Notes: a model not told the origin generated them from the letters alone. Shown: positions 10,298 through 24,543, counted from the stretch's first letter. The stretch: 64,000 bases of DNA from an uncultured delta proteobacterium (GCA_963727445.1 CAVSGI010000009.1:480001-544000); one strand, 5' to 3'. Program-made: numbers and translations.

Positions 10298-11260
10298 ATG
10301 CGTACCTCGTTCGCGTCGGTCCTGATCGTCGTCCTCTCTTCGGCCTGCGGCGGCGATGACGCAGCGCCCGACGCCTCCTCCGACGCGAGCGCGGACGCCA
10401 TCGTCGACACCAGCGTGACCCTCGACAGCGCGCCCGGGGACACGGGCGCGATGGGTGATGCGACGCCGACGGACGGCGCCATGGATGCGGTCGTCGACGC
10501 CGGCCCGCCGGTGAGCAGCGGGTGCGTGGACGGCGCGGGGCTCGACGAGGGCGAGCACACCTTCATGCTCGACGGGCTGATGCGCCGCTACATCCTGCGC
10601 CTGCCGAACGGCTACACCCGGGATCGAGCCTGGCCGCTGGTGCTCGCCCTTCACGGCAACGGCGGCAGCGCCAGCTACTGGGACGGGACCAGCGGCAGCC
10701 GCAACATCCGCGGCGTCCTTCAGGACGACGCCATCCTCATCATCGCCGAAGCCATCGACGGGCAGTGGCGCGACTACTCGATGGATCCGAGCACCTGGCC
10801 GCCGCGCATCGAGATGGAGCTGGCCTACTTCGAAGAGGTGCTCTCGCAGGCGCGCACCGACCTCTGCATCGCCGAGAGCTCGATCTTCAGCATGGGCTTC
10901 AGCGGCGGCGGCTCCTTCTCCGGTGTGCTCGGGTGTCGGCGCGACGACATCCGGGCGATCGCCGTGGGCGGGTCGGTGATCTACTTCGACGAGGCGGACT
11001 GCGTCGGATACCCCGCGGCCTGGATCACCATCGGCGAGATGGAGCTGACAAGCGGGCGCGAGGCCTACCGCGACTGGTTCCGTGACCGCGGTGGATGCAG
11101 CGATACCACCATGCCCACCGACCCCGATCCGCCATGCGTGGCCTACGACGGCTGCAATCCCGACACGCCGGTGCACTACTGCCAGCACCCGGACGGACAC
11201 ATCTGGCCCGACTTCGCCAGCGACGCGATGTGGGCCTTCTTCTCGCGCTTCGTGGACTGA
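10298..11260 (+). CDS. Lipoprotein alpha/beta hydrolase (PHB-depolymerase / LpqP-like esterase)
   Basis: Lipobox LSSAC; PLVLALHGNG, nucleophile GFSGG, C-terminal GHIWP. Confidence 0.8.
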   Translation: MRTSFASVLIVVLSSACGGDDAAPDASSDASADAIVDTSVTLDSAPGDTGAMGDATPTDGAMDAVVDAGPPVSSGCVDGAGLDEGEHTFMLDGLMRRYILRLPNGYTRDRAWPLVLALHGNGGSASYWDGTSGSRNIRGVLQDDAILIIAEAIDGQWRDYSMDPSTWPPRIEMELAYFEEVLSQARTDLCIAESSIFSMGFSGGGSFSGVLGCRRDDIRAIAVGGSVIYFDEADCVGYPAAWITIGEMELTSGREAYRDWFRDRGGCSDTTMPTDPDPPCVAYDGCNPDTPVHYCQHPDGHIWPDFASDAMWAFFSRFVD

Positions 11261-11270
11261 GCGGCCGGCC

Positions 11271-15717
<4,447 letters not shown>

Positions 15718-15881
15718 CGCTGACGAGCCTGGGCCGAATGTTCAGGGGCGTAAAGCGGGCCTCGAAGGTCTGTTGCCAGCGGTGTGGCAGGGGCTGAACA
15801 CCCGTCCCCAAAGAGGGCTAAGGGCCCTGTTTCAGACGGCTTTCTGGACAGAGGTCATGGAGCTGTGCAACTCTCGTACAC

Positions 15882-17735
15882 GTGAGACACATTACTTGGC
15901 TGTTGGTCGTCTTTGCGGCCATCGCCTGTAGTGAGGGCGATCCGCAAAGCTTAACGACCCCGAACGATTTCTCCGAAGGCTTCGCCGCCGACGTCCTCGT
16001 GGCCGTGGAGCGTCCCAACCGGGACGAGCCGGCCATCTCTCCCGATTCCCGTCCACCAGTGTTCGCGGACCAGGCGCCGCCTCCGATCATCGGCGGCACC
16101 ATCGCCGCCAGCCGGGACGGATCCCGTGTCGTGATCGCCGATCCCGATCGCGATCAGGTCTGGATGGTGGCGCTCCCGAGCGGCGCCATCCTCGCCCAAC
16201 ACGATCTCGAGCCCCACACCATGCCGGGGCGCGTGATCGAAGACGAGCGTGGTTACTTCCACGTGGCCCTCCGCCGCGCGGGCAAGGTGATCAGCCTGAG
16301 CCCCGATGGCGACATCGCGCTCAGCCGCCAGGTCTGCGCCGCGCCTCGCGGCCTCGCAGCCGACGGCGAGGCCCTTCACGTCGCCTGCGCCGAAGGGCTC
16401 CTCGTGACGCTGCGCGCGGAAGGCGGACCGGCCACGCGCGTCCTCGCGCTCGAGCCCGATCTCCGCGACGTGGTGGTGGACGAGACGAGCGGCGACCTGG
16501 CCGTCAGCCTCTTCCGCCGCGCCGAGGTGCTGTTCCTCGACAGCGACGGCGCGGTGGTCATGCGCCGCAGGCCGCCGGTGCACGAAAACCGCGCCGGGGA
16601 GCTCTTCGAGCCCAACGTCGCGTGGCGCATGCGCCCAGCGCCGGGTGGCGGGGTGCTTCTCCTCCACCAGCGTTCGCAGTCGACGCCCCTTGCCCTCGAC
16701 GCCGGCGACGCCGGATACCAGAGCAGCGAGTGCTCCGTCGGTGTGGTTCAGTCGGTGATGACGCGGCTGCGCCGCGACTCCGAGCCGACCGAGGCACCCG
16801 CCATCACTGGCCTCTCTCTGGCGGTCGACTTCGACCTCATGGGCGATCTCGCGGTGGTCGTCGCGCCCGGTGTCCTCGACACCCCGCGCCCGGGCCTCGT
16901 CATGCGGTCGCGTCACCAAGGGCGCTATCTCGACATGGAAGAGGCCACCGCCACAGGTGGGCCGGGTCGATGCGTCACCGGGCCGTCGATCCCCGCAGAC
17001 TTCGACGCGCACCTCAGCGGCGTGGCCGCGCTCCCCACGGGCGAGTGGCTCTTCCAGGGTCGCGAGCCGGCGGTCGTGGTGCGTGACGGAGACGTGGTGA
17101 CGAGCCTACCCACGGGATCGGTCGCCGACGACGGTCACGCCTTCTTCCATCAGAAGCCCGGCGTGGCCATCGCCTGCGCGTCCTGCCATCCGGAAGGTGG
17201 CGACGACGGTCACACCTGGAACTTCGTGGGCCTCGGCCCGCGTCGCACCCTGACCCTGCGCGGTCCCATCCTGGACAGCGCGCCCTTCCACTGGGGTGGC
17301 GAGGTGCCGAGCTTCGACGTGCTCGCGCATTCGACCATCGAGCAGCGCATGGGCGGTCCGGGGATGCAGGGCATGTTCGTGAGCGGGATGGCGCGCTTCG
17401 TCGAGGCGATCCCTCATCTCCCACGGGCCGTCCCCGAGGATCCGGACGCGGTGGAGCGCGGCGCGGCGATCTTCGCCTCCGCCGAGACCGGCTGCACCGA
17501 CTGTCATCGAGGCGAGCGGCTCAGCGACGACCTCACGGTGGACGTCGGCACCGGCGGGCTCTTCCAGACCCCGGGCCTGCGCGGCCTGAGGTATCGCGCG
17601 CCCTACATGCACGACGGCTGCGCCGAGACGCTTCACGACGTCTTCGACGCGTGCCGCGGCAACCTCCACGGCGACGTGGATCGCCTGAGCGACGCGGACG
17701 AGAGCGACCTGGTCGCCTTCCTGCTGTCGATCTGA
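15882..17735 (+). CDS. Lipoprotein: YncE-like beta-propeller plus diheme cytochrome c (CcP/MauG-like) domain
   Basis: Lipobox AIAC; CASCH and CTDCH heme motifs; APFHWGG and TPGLRGL..RAPYMHDG. Confidence 0.8.
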   Translation: MRHITWLLVVFAAIACSEGDPQSLTTPNDFSEGFAADVLVAVERPNRDEPAISPDSRPPVFADQAPPPIIGGTIAASRDGSRVVIADPDRDQVWMVALPSGAILAQHDLEPHTMPGRVIEDERGYFHVALRRAGKVISLSPDGDIALSRQVCAAPRGLAADGEALHVACAEGLLVTLRAEGGPATRVLALEPDLRDVVVDETSGDLAVSLFRRAEVLFLDSDGAVVMRRRPPVHENRAGELFEPNVAWRMRPAPGGGVLLLHQRSQSTPLALDAGDAGYQSSECSVGVVQSVMTRLRRDSEPTEAPAITGLSLAVDFDLMGDLAVVVAPGVLDTPRPGLVMRSRHQGRYLDMEEATATGGPGRCVTGPSIPADFDAHLSGVAALPTGEWLFQGREPAVVVRDGDVVTSLPTGSVADDGHAFFHQKPGVAIACASCHPEGGDDGHTWNFVGLGPRRTLTLRGPILDSAPFHWGGEVPSFDVLAHSTIEQRMGGPGMQGMFVSGMARFVEAIPHLPRAVPEDPDAVERGAAIFASAETGCTDCHRGERLSDDLTVDVGTGGLFQTPGLRGLRYRAPYMHDGCAETLHDVFDACRGNLHGDVDRLSDADESDLVAFLLSI

Positions 17736-18883
17736 GACACGACCCGATCACGGAGCGCATCGAGCGCATCGACGAAGCGAGCAGGCGCGTGGTGTTGGCG
17801 GACGTAGTCCCGCCCCCGCGCGCCCAGCTCTTCCGTCGACCGGGGCGCCGAAAGCAGGACTCGCGCGCACGACGCGAGGGACGCCGCGTCGTCGTCGACG
17901 GCGAGCGCGACGGAGCCGCCCAGAGGGAGACCGGCTGCGGCGCGACGCGCGGCCACGGTGGGCACGCCCCGGGCCAGGGCGTCGAGGAGCTTGATGGGCA
18001 GCCCGCCCCTCGCGAGGCGCGGGATCAGCGCGACGTCGGCGGCGGCGTGGAGGCGGGCGCGTCCCGGCTCGTCGGCGGGCAGGGGAACGACGTCGAGGCG
18101 CTGGCCGACGCCAGCGCGGCGCGCCTCGCGGCGGAGCGGGGCCGGGTCGCTGGCGGTGGCGACGAGGAGGCGCGCTTCGGGGAGCGCGGCGAGCGCGGCG
18201 ACCATGAGCGGCCAGCCTTGATAGCGATCGAGGTTGCCCGCGTAGAGGAGGAGCTGCGCGTCATCGGACAGCGCGAGAGCCCGTCGCGCGGCGCGCCGTG
18301 CATCGACGCCGACGGGAGCCGGGACGGGCCAGGGCGGCGGCACGTAGGCGACGGGCAGGTCGGTCGCGTCTTCGAGCGCGTCGCGCAGCATGGGGGAGAT
18401 GGCGGCCACCGCGCGCGCCCGCTTGCAGAGCGCGCGGTCGACGGAGCGGCCGGCGTGCCCGAGGAGCGGCGTCAGCGACGGAGGCAGATAGGTGGGGAGC
18501 TCCGCGCCGAGGTCGGTGTGCGCGAAGAAGATGGCGGGGCCCGCGCCGGCGGCGAGGACGGCGGCCATCGCCTCGACGTGATGCGCGACGACGACGCGCG
18601 GTCGCAGCGTGCGGGCGGCGCTCGCGACGCTGCGCACGAGGAGGGCGTCGAGGACCAACTTGCGCGCCGAAGGACCGGAGCGGAGGGACGCGCGTCCGGG
18701 AAGCGACGGCGCGCGGTGGTGGGCGTAGGGACGCGCCTCGTCCGCGTCGCGTTCTGAGTCCCCGTAGGTGAGGAGGTGCGCGTCGGTGCCGTTCTCAGCC
18801 CGCGCGCGCAGCATCGCGTCGACCGCCGCCTGCGTGCCCTGGCGCGACGGGAAGGGGAGCGCGGCCACGTGGAGCTCGGGCAT
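17633..18883 (-). CDS. GT-B glycosyltransferase (family 4-like)
   Basis: Start at ATG 18883 (MPELHV); LYAGNLDRYQG and ADVALIPR...LPIKLLDALARGVP; the 3' end overlaps the convergent gene by about 100 bp. Confidence 0.8.
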   Translation of the reverse strand: MPELHVAALPFPSRQGTQAAVDAMLRARAENGTDAHLLTYGDSERDADEARPYAHHRAPSLPGRASLRSGPSARKLVLDALLVRSVASAARTLRPRVVVAHHVEAMAAVLAAGAGPAIFFAHTDLGAELPTYLPPSLTPLLGHAGRSVDRALCKRARAVAAISPMLRDALEDATDLPVAYVPPPWPVPAPVGVDARRAARRALALSDDAQLLLYAGNLDRYQGWPLMVAALAALPEARLLVATASDPAPLRREARRAGVGQRLDVVPLPADEPGRARLHAAADVALIPRLARGGLPIKLLDALARGVPTVAARRAAAGLPLGGSVALAVDDDAASLASCARVLLSAPRSTEELGARGRDYVRQHHAPARFVDALDALRDRVVSQIDSRKATRSLSSASLRRSTSPWRLPRHASKTS

Positions 18884-19014
18884 TGGCCGCCATTGTAGAG
18901 ACGCGCGCGGGCGCGTCCACCGGGCGTGCTCGGTCGGCCTGGACCCGGCGTCGTTCGCCGCCTTGGGCAGACGGCTCGTAGGTCGTGGTGGAACGAGAGC
19001 GAATTCGGTGAGGT

Positions 19015-19785
19015 TCAGGCGCTCGCGACGGCCATCTCGATGCCGACGTGCGCGAGGCCGGGCAGGACCACGTCGCGGATCGTCTCGTCCACGGCGCGGA
19101 TCAGGCGCGCGCGCGACGGGTAGCCGTGCGCTGGGACGCCGGCTTCGGGGAGCGCGCCGATGCGGTCGTGCCACACGCCTCGGTTGATCTTGACCAACCG
19201 CGCGGCCCATGCGCTGACGCCCGCACGGATCTCGTCGCTCACGGCGTCCGAGGCGAAGTGAGCCCAGCCGACGCGCGCGTGGTCGACCTCGTCGGCGAGG
19301 TGCTCGCGCTGGATGGCGCGCACGAGCGGCGCTTCCGACGTCTCGAGACACGCCTCGACGAAGCCGGCGGCGATGGTCTCGTTCAGACAGCAGAGCCCGA
19401 AGACGTGCAGGTGCATCCGCAGGGCCTCGCTCGCGCCTTCGTGTGCCGGCATGCCGACCCGCTTCGGGCGCGGCATCTCGATCGCGCGGCCGAGATAGGC
19501 TTCGGCGAGCAGGCGGCAGAGCTCGGCGTGACGGACCTCGTCGTGCGCGGCCTTGGTGGCGAGGCGGATCACCAACGGGTCGGCGCCCAGCCTGTAGAGA
19601 TGGGTGACGACGATGGCGAAACCCGAGCCCGCGCCCAGCTCGCTCCGCGCGCGCTCCGCCCAGATCTCGCCGATCTGGCGGCGCGTGTCGGGATCGAGAG
19701 CCTCGATCTGCGGATCGTGATCGGGGAGCGGGCGACGGGTGAGGGGGCCGGGCTTGGCGGGGGAAAGGACGCGCGGCGCGGTCAC
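19015..19785 (-). CDS. Ferritin-like (diiron carboxylate) domain protein
   Basis: Ligand pattern RSEL...DEVRH...NET...DEVDH. Confidence 0.82.
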   Translation of the reverse strand: MTAPRVLSPAKPGPLTRRPLPDHDPQIEALDPDTRRQIGEIWAERARSELGAGSGFAIVVTHLYRLGADPLVIRLATKAAHDEVRHAELCRLLAEAYLGRAIEMPRPKRVGMPAHEGASEALRMHLHVFGLCCLNETIAAGFVEACLETSEAPLVRAIQREHLADEVDHARVGWAHFASDAVSDEIRAGVSAWAARLVKINRGVWHDRIGALPEAGVPAHGYPSRARLIRAVDETIRDVVLPGLAHVGIEMAVASA

Positions 19786-20036
19786 AGGATGAGGACCATG
19801 CTGTCGCCGTCCGCGGCGTCTGCGCTCGCATCGGAGGGCATCATCGCGTCGAGCATGGTGGTCGCATCGCCGGCGTCGGCCACTGCGCTGTCCATCGCTG
19901 CGCTGTCCACTCCGCTGTCCACCGTCATCGACGTATCGGCGGCGGCGTCGGATGCGCCGTCGTCACCGCTGCACGCGGTGGAGGTGAGGGCGGCGCCGAG
20001 GACGACGATGGTGTGGAAGAGCTTTTGCGGTCTCAC
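19782..20036 (-). CDS. Small 84-aa lipobox peptide with an acidic linker and a hydrophobic C-terminus (MVLIL)
   Basis: KLFHTIVVLGAALTSTAC signal; TATAGT 6 nt upstream of GTG 20036; stop overlaps the next start codon (GTGA). Confidence 0.7.
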   Translation of the reverse strand: MRPQKLFHTIVVLGAALTSTACSGDDGASDAAADTSMTVDSGVDSAAMDSAVADAGDATTMLDAMMPSDASADAADGDSMVLIL

Positions 20037-20065
20037 GTGGCGACTATATCGCATCCCGTGACCGC

Positions 20066-21388
20066 TTACTCGTCGCTGGATCCACGGAAGAAGCGAAGGG
20101 TCGGCGGAACGGCGATGACCAGGCCCACCACCACCAGGAGCCACCAATAGGCGGCGAGGTGCGCTGCGAAGGGCAGGGCGATCCCCGCACCGACGAGAAC
20201 GCCCGAGAAGACCCAGAAGTCGACGTCCATGACCCGCATGCGGCCGATGGCGCGGTTGCGCGACGCGTAGAGCCGGGACCACCGAACGATGGCCGGCGCG
20301 TGCTCGGCCTCGGGGGAGTGACCATCGAGCACGCGTTCGAGATCCTCGGCGAGCGCCGAGGCCGAGGGGTAGCGATCTGCTGGCTCGTGCGCCATCGCCA
20401 TCCGCACCACGGCCCCGAGGGAGCGCGACAGATCGGGCGCGACCTCTTCCAGCGGGCGGACCTCACCGCTCGACGCCTGCGCCATCACGACGAGCGGGGT
20501 GTTCCCGCTGTAAGGGTGGTGGAGAGAGACCATCTCGTAGAGCACGACGCCGAGCGAGTAGAGGTCCGAGGCGATCCCGAGCCCCTTTTCGCCGCGCGCC
20601 TGCTCGGGCGACATGTAGAGGGGCGTGCCGGCCGGGCTCTCCAACAGATCCTCGGGCATGCGCCCCCGCAGCGCGTCGCCTTCGGGCCCGGGGAGCGGCA
20701 CGGCGAGCCCCCAATCCATGACGAGCACCTCTCCGTGCTCTCCGATCATCACGTTCCCGGGCTTGAGGTCGCGATGAACGACGCCGCGCTCGTGGGCGAA
20801 ACCGACCGCGTTGCAGATCGACAAGAAGAGTCGAAGGCGACGCTCGAGGGAAAACCGGGCGAGGACAGCCGTGTCCTCTTCGCGAAGCGCGTCGAGGATC
20901 TGGTCGAGCGAACGGCCGCGCACGCGCTTCATGGTGAAGAAGAGATCGCCTCCGTCATCGACGCCGAGATCGTGCAGCGGGACGATGTTCGGGTGATCGA
21001 GGTGGGCGGTCACGCGCGCTTCCCAGAGGAACTGAGTCATCGACTTCGCGTCGGTGCTCAGCTCGGCGCGCAGGCGTTTGAGCGCGAGCTCACGCATGAG
21101 GTCGCGGTCCCAAACGCGCTCGACCCGACCCATCCCGCCTTCCCCCAGCACGTCACGCATCTCGAAGCGGGTGCGCGCCGAGGCGCTCTCGGGTGCGCGG
21201 TCGTGGCCGTCGCTCCTGGTGGTGGTCGGAATGTTCTCCTCCATCCCGGACGTCCCCATCGCCGGAATGGTCTCCTCCATCCCGGACGTCCCCATCGCCG
21301 GCAGGGTCTCCTCCATCCCGGACGACGACGCCGCGGGAATCGTTTCCTCCATCCCCGAATCGGGCTTGGGTGAGCTCGGGCGGGCCAT
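20066..21388 (-). CDS. Ser/Thr protein kinase with N-terminal repeats and two C-terminal TM helices
   Basis: GEGGMG, ALK, HRDLKPGN, DWG, GTPLYMSPE. Confidence 0.92.
   Translation of the reverse strand: MARPSSPKPDSGMEETIPAASSSGMEETLPAMGTSGMEETIPAMGTSGMEENIPTTTRSDGHDRAPESASARTRFEMRDVLGEGGMGRVERVWDRDLMRELALKRLRAELSTDAKSMTQFLWEARVTAHLDHPNIVPLHDLGVDDGGDLFFTMKRVRGRSLDQILDALREEDTAVLARFSLERRLRLFLSICNAVGFAHERGVVHRDLKPGNVMIGEHGEVLVMDWGLAVPLPGPEGDALRGRMPEDLLESPAGTPLYMSPEQARGEKGLGIASDLYSLGVVLYEMVSLHHPYSGNTPLVVMAQASSGEVRPLEEVAPDLSRSLGAVVRMAMAHEPADRYPSASALAEDLERVLDGHSPEAEHAPAIVRWSRLYASRNRAIGRMRVMDVDFWVFSGVLVGAGIALPFAAHLAAYWWLLVVVGLVIAVPPTLRFFRGSSDE
21225..21362 (-). repeat. 4 x 36-bp coding tandem repeat (SGMEETxPAxxx)
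   Basis: SGMEETIPAASS / SGMEETLPAMGT / SGMEETIPAMGT / SGMEENIPT. Confidence 0.85.
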
Positions 21389-21448
21389 GACGCCATGATG
21401 GCGCGATCACGGCAGGCCCGTCGAGTCGCGCACCGCCATGGTCCGGCC

Positions 21449-23290
21449 TCAGGCCGGGGGGCGCTTGCCGCTCTGATACATCTCGTCGATGACCTCGCCG
21501 TAGCGTTCGTAGACGACGTTGCGCTTCACCTTGAGTGACGCGGTGAGGAGGCCGTTTTCGACAGTCATGGGCTCGACGATCCGGAAGTACTTCACCGTCT
21601 CGTACTTCGCGAGCTTTTCGTTGCACACGTCGACGTGCTCCTGCACCGCCGACTTCACGGCTTCGCTTTGCGCGTCGGCGTCGTTCCCGGTCTGCTGCGC
21701 CCACTCCGCCAGCTCCTCGGGGTCGATGGCGATGAGCGCAGTGACGTAGTTCCGCGTGTCGGCGACCGTCACCGCTTCCTGCACGATGGGCAGCGTCTTG
21801 AGCGCACCCTCGAGCTTCGCGGGTGCGATGTACTTGCCGCCGCTGGTCTTCATCAGCTCCTTCTTGCGGCCGGTGATCTTCACGAAACCGTCCGCATCCA
21901 TCGAGCCGAGATCGCCGGTGTGAAACCAGCCGTCCTCGTCGAAGGCCTCCGCTGTCGCGTCGTCGCGGTTGTGATAGCCCTTCGTGATGTTCGCGCCCTT
22001 GGCGAGGATCTCGCCGTCCTCCGCGATCCTGATCGTCACACCGGGGAGCGCGGGGCCGACGGTGCCCAGCTTGATGTTGCCAGGTGTGTTCGCGGTGAGG
22101 CCGGGGCAGGTCTCGGTGAGCCCGTAGGCCTCGAGGAGATTGAGCCCGCAGGCGAGGAAGAACTCGTGGACGTCGGCGTTCAGCGGCGCCGAGCCCGACA
22201 AGAGGATGTGGCAGCGATCGAAGCCGAGCGCGGCGCGCAGCTTTGCGAGCACGAGCTTGTCGGCGAGGCCGTGCTTCAGCCCGAGCACGAAGGGGACGCT
22301 CTTGCCGCGGTTGGTGTAGGGAAGCGTGGCTTTTCCGGTGTCGAGTGCCCAGCGGAAGAGCTTCTGCCGCATGGGCGGCGCGCCCTGCACCTTCATCTCG
22401 ATCTTGGACTTCATCTTCTCGTAGACCCGCGGGGCCGCCGGGAAGAACCCGGGTCGCGTGGAGGCGAGGTCCTGCGCCAGGGTCGGGATCGAAGACACCA
22501 CGAGGGGAGCCTCGAAGAAGGGACCCGCGAACTCGATGAGCCGGCCGAAGGAGTGTGCCAGGGGAAGGAAGAGGAAGAGCCCGCCGGGGCGCACCTTGTC
22601 GTCGAAGAGCCCGGTGCCGCCGATCTGCTCGACCATGGACAGGTGGTTGTCGTTGGTCTGGATCACGCCCTTGGGGGGACCGGTGGTCCCGGAGGTGTAG
22701 GTCCAGGTCGCGAGCTCCTCGCGCTTGGCCGCTTCGCCCAACGCTTTGCGTTCCGCCTCGGTGGACTTGCGATTGTCCGCGCCGCGCTTTTCGAGATCCG
22801 CCAGGCTCTCCCAGTCGTCGGCGGGCTCGACCCCCGTCGGGTCCATCACCACGATGTGCTTCAGCTTCAAACGATCAGGTGCGTAGTCCTGGTCGAAGAA
22901 GTGAAAGCCCTTGCGCACCTCGCGGACCTTCTCCAGCTGCTCGCCGTCTTCGACGATCGAGACGACGGCCTCGGTATCGACGTGCAGATAGCCGACCTCC
23001 GGGGGTAGGAGCGTGGCGTAGACCGGCACGGTGCGGAGGCCGATCGACAGCGCGGCGAAGTCGCAGGTGATCCAGTCCTCGCTGGTGTTGCCGAGGATGG
23101 CGACAGTCGATCCCGGGGAGATGCCTCCGGGGATCGTCATGAGCCCCGCAGCGATCTTCTCCATGCGATCGCCGAGGGACTTCCACGAGATGTCCTTCCA
23201 GCCGTCGCCCTTCTTCACCCGGAGGGCGGGGCTGTTCGGGGACTCCTCGATACGCCGCAGGATCATGCTGCCGATCGACCGGTCTTTCAT
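21449..23290 (-). CDS. Long-chain fatty acid--CoA ligase
   Basis: YTSGTTGPPKG, AYGLTE, GWFHTGD, ITGRKK; start MKDRS at 23290. Confidence 0.92.
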   Translation of the reverse strand: MKDRSIGSMILRRIEESPNSPALRVKKGDGWKDISWKSLGDRMEKIAAGLMTIPGGISPGSTVAILGNTSEDWITCDFAALSIGLRTVPVYATLLPPEVGYLHVDTEAVVSIVEDGEQLEKVREVRKGFHFFDQDYAPDRLKLKHIVVMDPTGVEPADDWESLADLEKRGADNRKSTEAERKALGEAAKREELATWTYTSGTTGPPKGVIQTNDNHLSMVEQIGGTGLFDDKVRPGGLFLFLPLAHSFGRLIEFAGPFFEAPLVVSSIPTLAQDLASTRPGFFPAAPRVYEKMKSKIEMKVQGAPPMRQKLFRWALDTGKATLPYTNRGKSVPFVLGLKHGLADKLVLAKLRAALGFDRCHILLSGSAPLNADVHEFFLACGLNLLEAYGLTETCPGLTANTPGNIKLGTVGPALPGVTIRIAEDGEILAKGANITKGYHNRDDATAEAFDEDGWFHTGDLGSMDADGFVKITGRKKELMKTSGGKYIAPAKLEGALKTLPIVQEAVTVADTRNYVTALIAIDPEELAEWAQQTGNDADAQSEAVKSAVQEHVDVCNEKLAKYETVKYFRIVEPMTVENGLLTASLKVKRNVVYERYGEVIDEMYQSGKRPPA

Positions 23291-23379
23291 CTCACGCCTC
23301 CACGTACGCCCCCCGGAGCTCCCGAGGCGGCGAGCGAGAGTGTGTATATCGACCTCGGACCGGCGTCTACCCGCCCAGA

Positions 23380-24378
23380 TCAGAGACGGTAGGGGTAGCG
23401 CAGGGTCACCGCCTCGTCGCCGTCGAAGGCGGGGAAGGTCGCCGTGCGCGCGGCGCGAGCCATGCACGAGCCTTCCGGCGAGCCGGCGAAGGGGCCGCTG
23501 ACGCGCGGTGCGAGGGCCCGGCCGGCGGGGGTGACGTTCAGCTGGAGGTAGGTCAGACCGTGACCGCCGGCGGCGCACTCTGCGATGGCGGGGCGCAGGG
23601 ATTCCATCACGCGTTGAACGTCATCGCGTCCGGGGCCGGTTGGCGCGGCGGGCTCCTCGGCCGCGGGCGCTTCGGGCGCGGGCGCCGCTTCCGGGTCGTG
23701 GGTGGGAAGAGAGAGCTGGTCGAGATCCGCGACGGCATGGTCGAGGAGCTGGCCCATCGACGCCTGCCTCGAATCGAAGGGCGCGGGCTCTTCGGCGGCG
23801 GGCTGGGCTTCCTCGATCGGCTGGGCTTCCTCGGCGGGCGCTTCCTCGATGGCCGCCTCCTCGGCGGGGTCCGCGGTCGCCTCTTCGGCGACCGGTGGGG
23901 CCGCGGTCTCTTCACGCGCCTCGTCATCCCCTACGCGGGTGGGCTCGGCCGTGGGCGCCTCGGACTCCTCCGCGACGGCGATGTGCACCGGCGCCTCGTC
24001 GTGGATGACTGCGATCGTGGGTGCCGCTGCGGGACGCGGCGTGCTCTCGGGCGCGATCGCAGTCGGTGCCGCGATCGTCGCAACGGTTTCGTCATTGGCG
24101 TCGGTTTTGGCCACACCCAGCGCCACCAGCGCGCCGACCGCGAAGGCGGCGCCAGCCGACAAGGCTCGCTTGGTCCACGGACGTTTCTTCGGCAGGGCCG
24201 CCACGCGGACGCTGTCGAGGGGCTCGCGCGGAGGCGGAGCACCCGGGATCACCATGTCTTCCGGAAGATCCGGATCCATGGGCGGCGGCAGGGCGGTGGA
24301 TACGAGCCTGCTCAGGTCGAAGAGGTCGTCGTCGTCGTCATGATTGCGGGGAGGTGCGGGAGGGGTGGCATTGGGCAT
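23380..24378 (-). CDS. Single-pass membrane protein with a Pro/Glu linker and a TonB/AgmX-like C-terminal domain
   Basis: TM segment after KKRPWTKR; C-terminal IAEC...GSCMARA..FPAF...YPYRL pattern. Confidence 0.6.
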   Translation of the reverse strand: MPNATPPAPPRNHDDDDDLFDLSRLVSTALPPPMDPDLPEDMVIPGAPPPREPLDSVRVAALPKKRPWTKRALSAGAAFAVGALVALGVAKTDANDETVATIAAPTAIAPESTPRPAAAPTIAVIHDEAPVHIAVAEESEAPTAEPTRVGDDEAREETAAPPVAEEATADPAEEAAIEEAPAEEAQPIEEAQPAAEEPAPFDSRQASMGQLLDHAVADLDQLSLPTHDPEAAPAPEAPAAEEPAAPTGPGRDDVQRVMESLRPAIAECAAGGHGLTYLQLNVTPAGRALAPRVSGPFAGSPEGSCMARAARTATFPAFDGDEAVTLRYPYRL

Positions 24379-24405
24379 CGTTCTGACTCCGTGGTCAGAA
24401 AACGT

Positions 24406-24421
24406 TGCAAGACCGATACCC
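24406..24421 (-). promoter_or_regulatory. Putative sigma54 promoter for the 24378 gene
   Basis: Minus strand GGGTATCGGTCTTGCA (GG-N10-GC) with an AT-rich tract upstream. Confidence 0.55.
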
Positions 24422-24543
24422 AGAAAAAGCCCTCAAAAATTGCGAACAAATTCGACCAAACAGGAGCTTTTTCCGCTCTCGGTGGACGAAAAAGGAGCGC
24501 CCGCTGTAGCCAGATCCGGCCACTGCCGCTGCTCCCTCCCCAT

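Noticed and set aside
17633..17735. Functional antisense overlap of two convergent genes
   Set aside because: More simply explained by stop-codon scarcity in GC-rich DNA; the overlapping tail has no recognisable motif.
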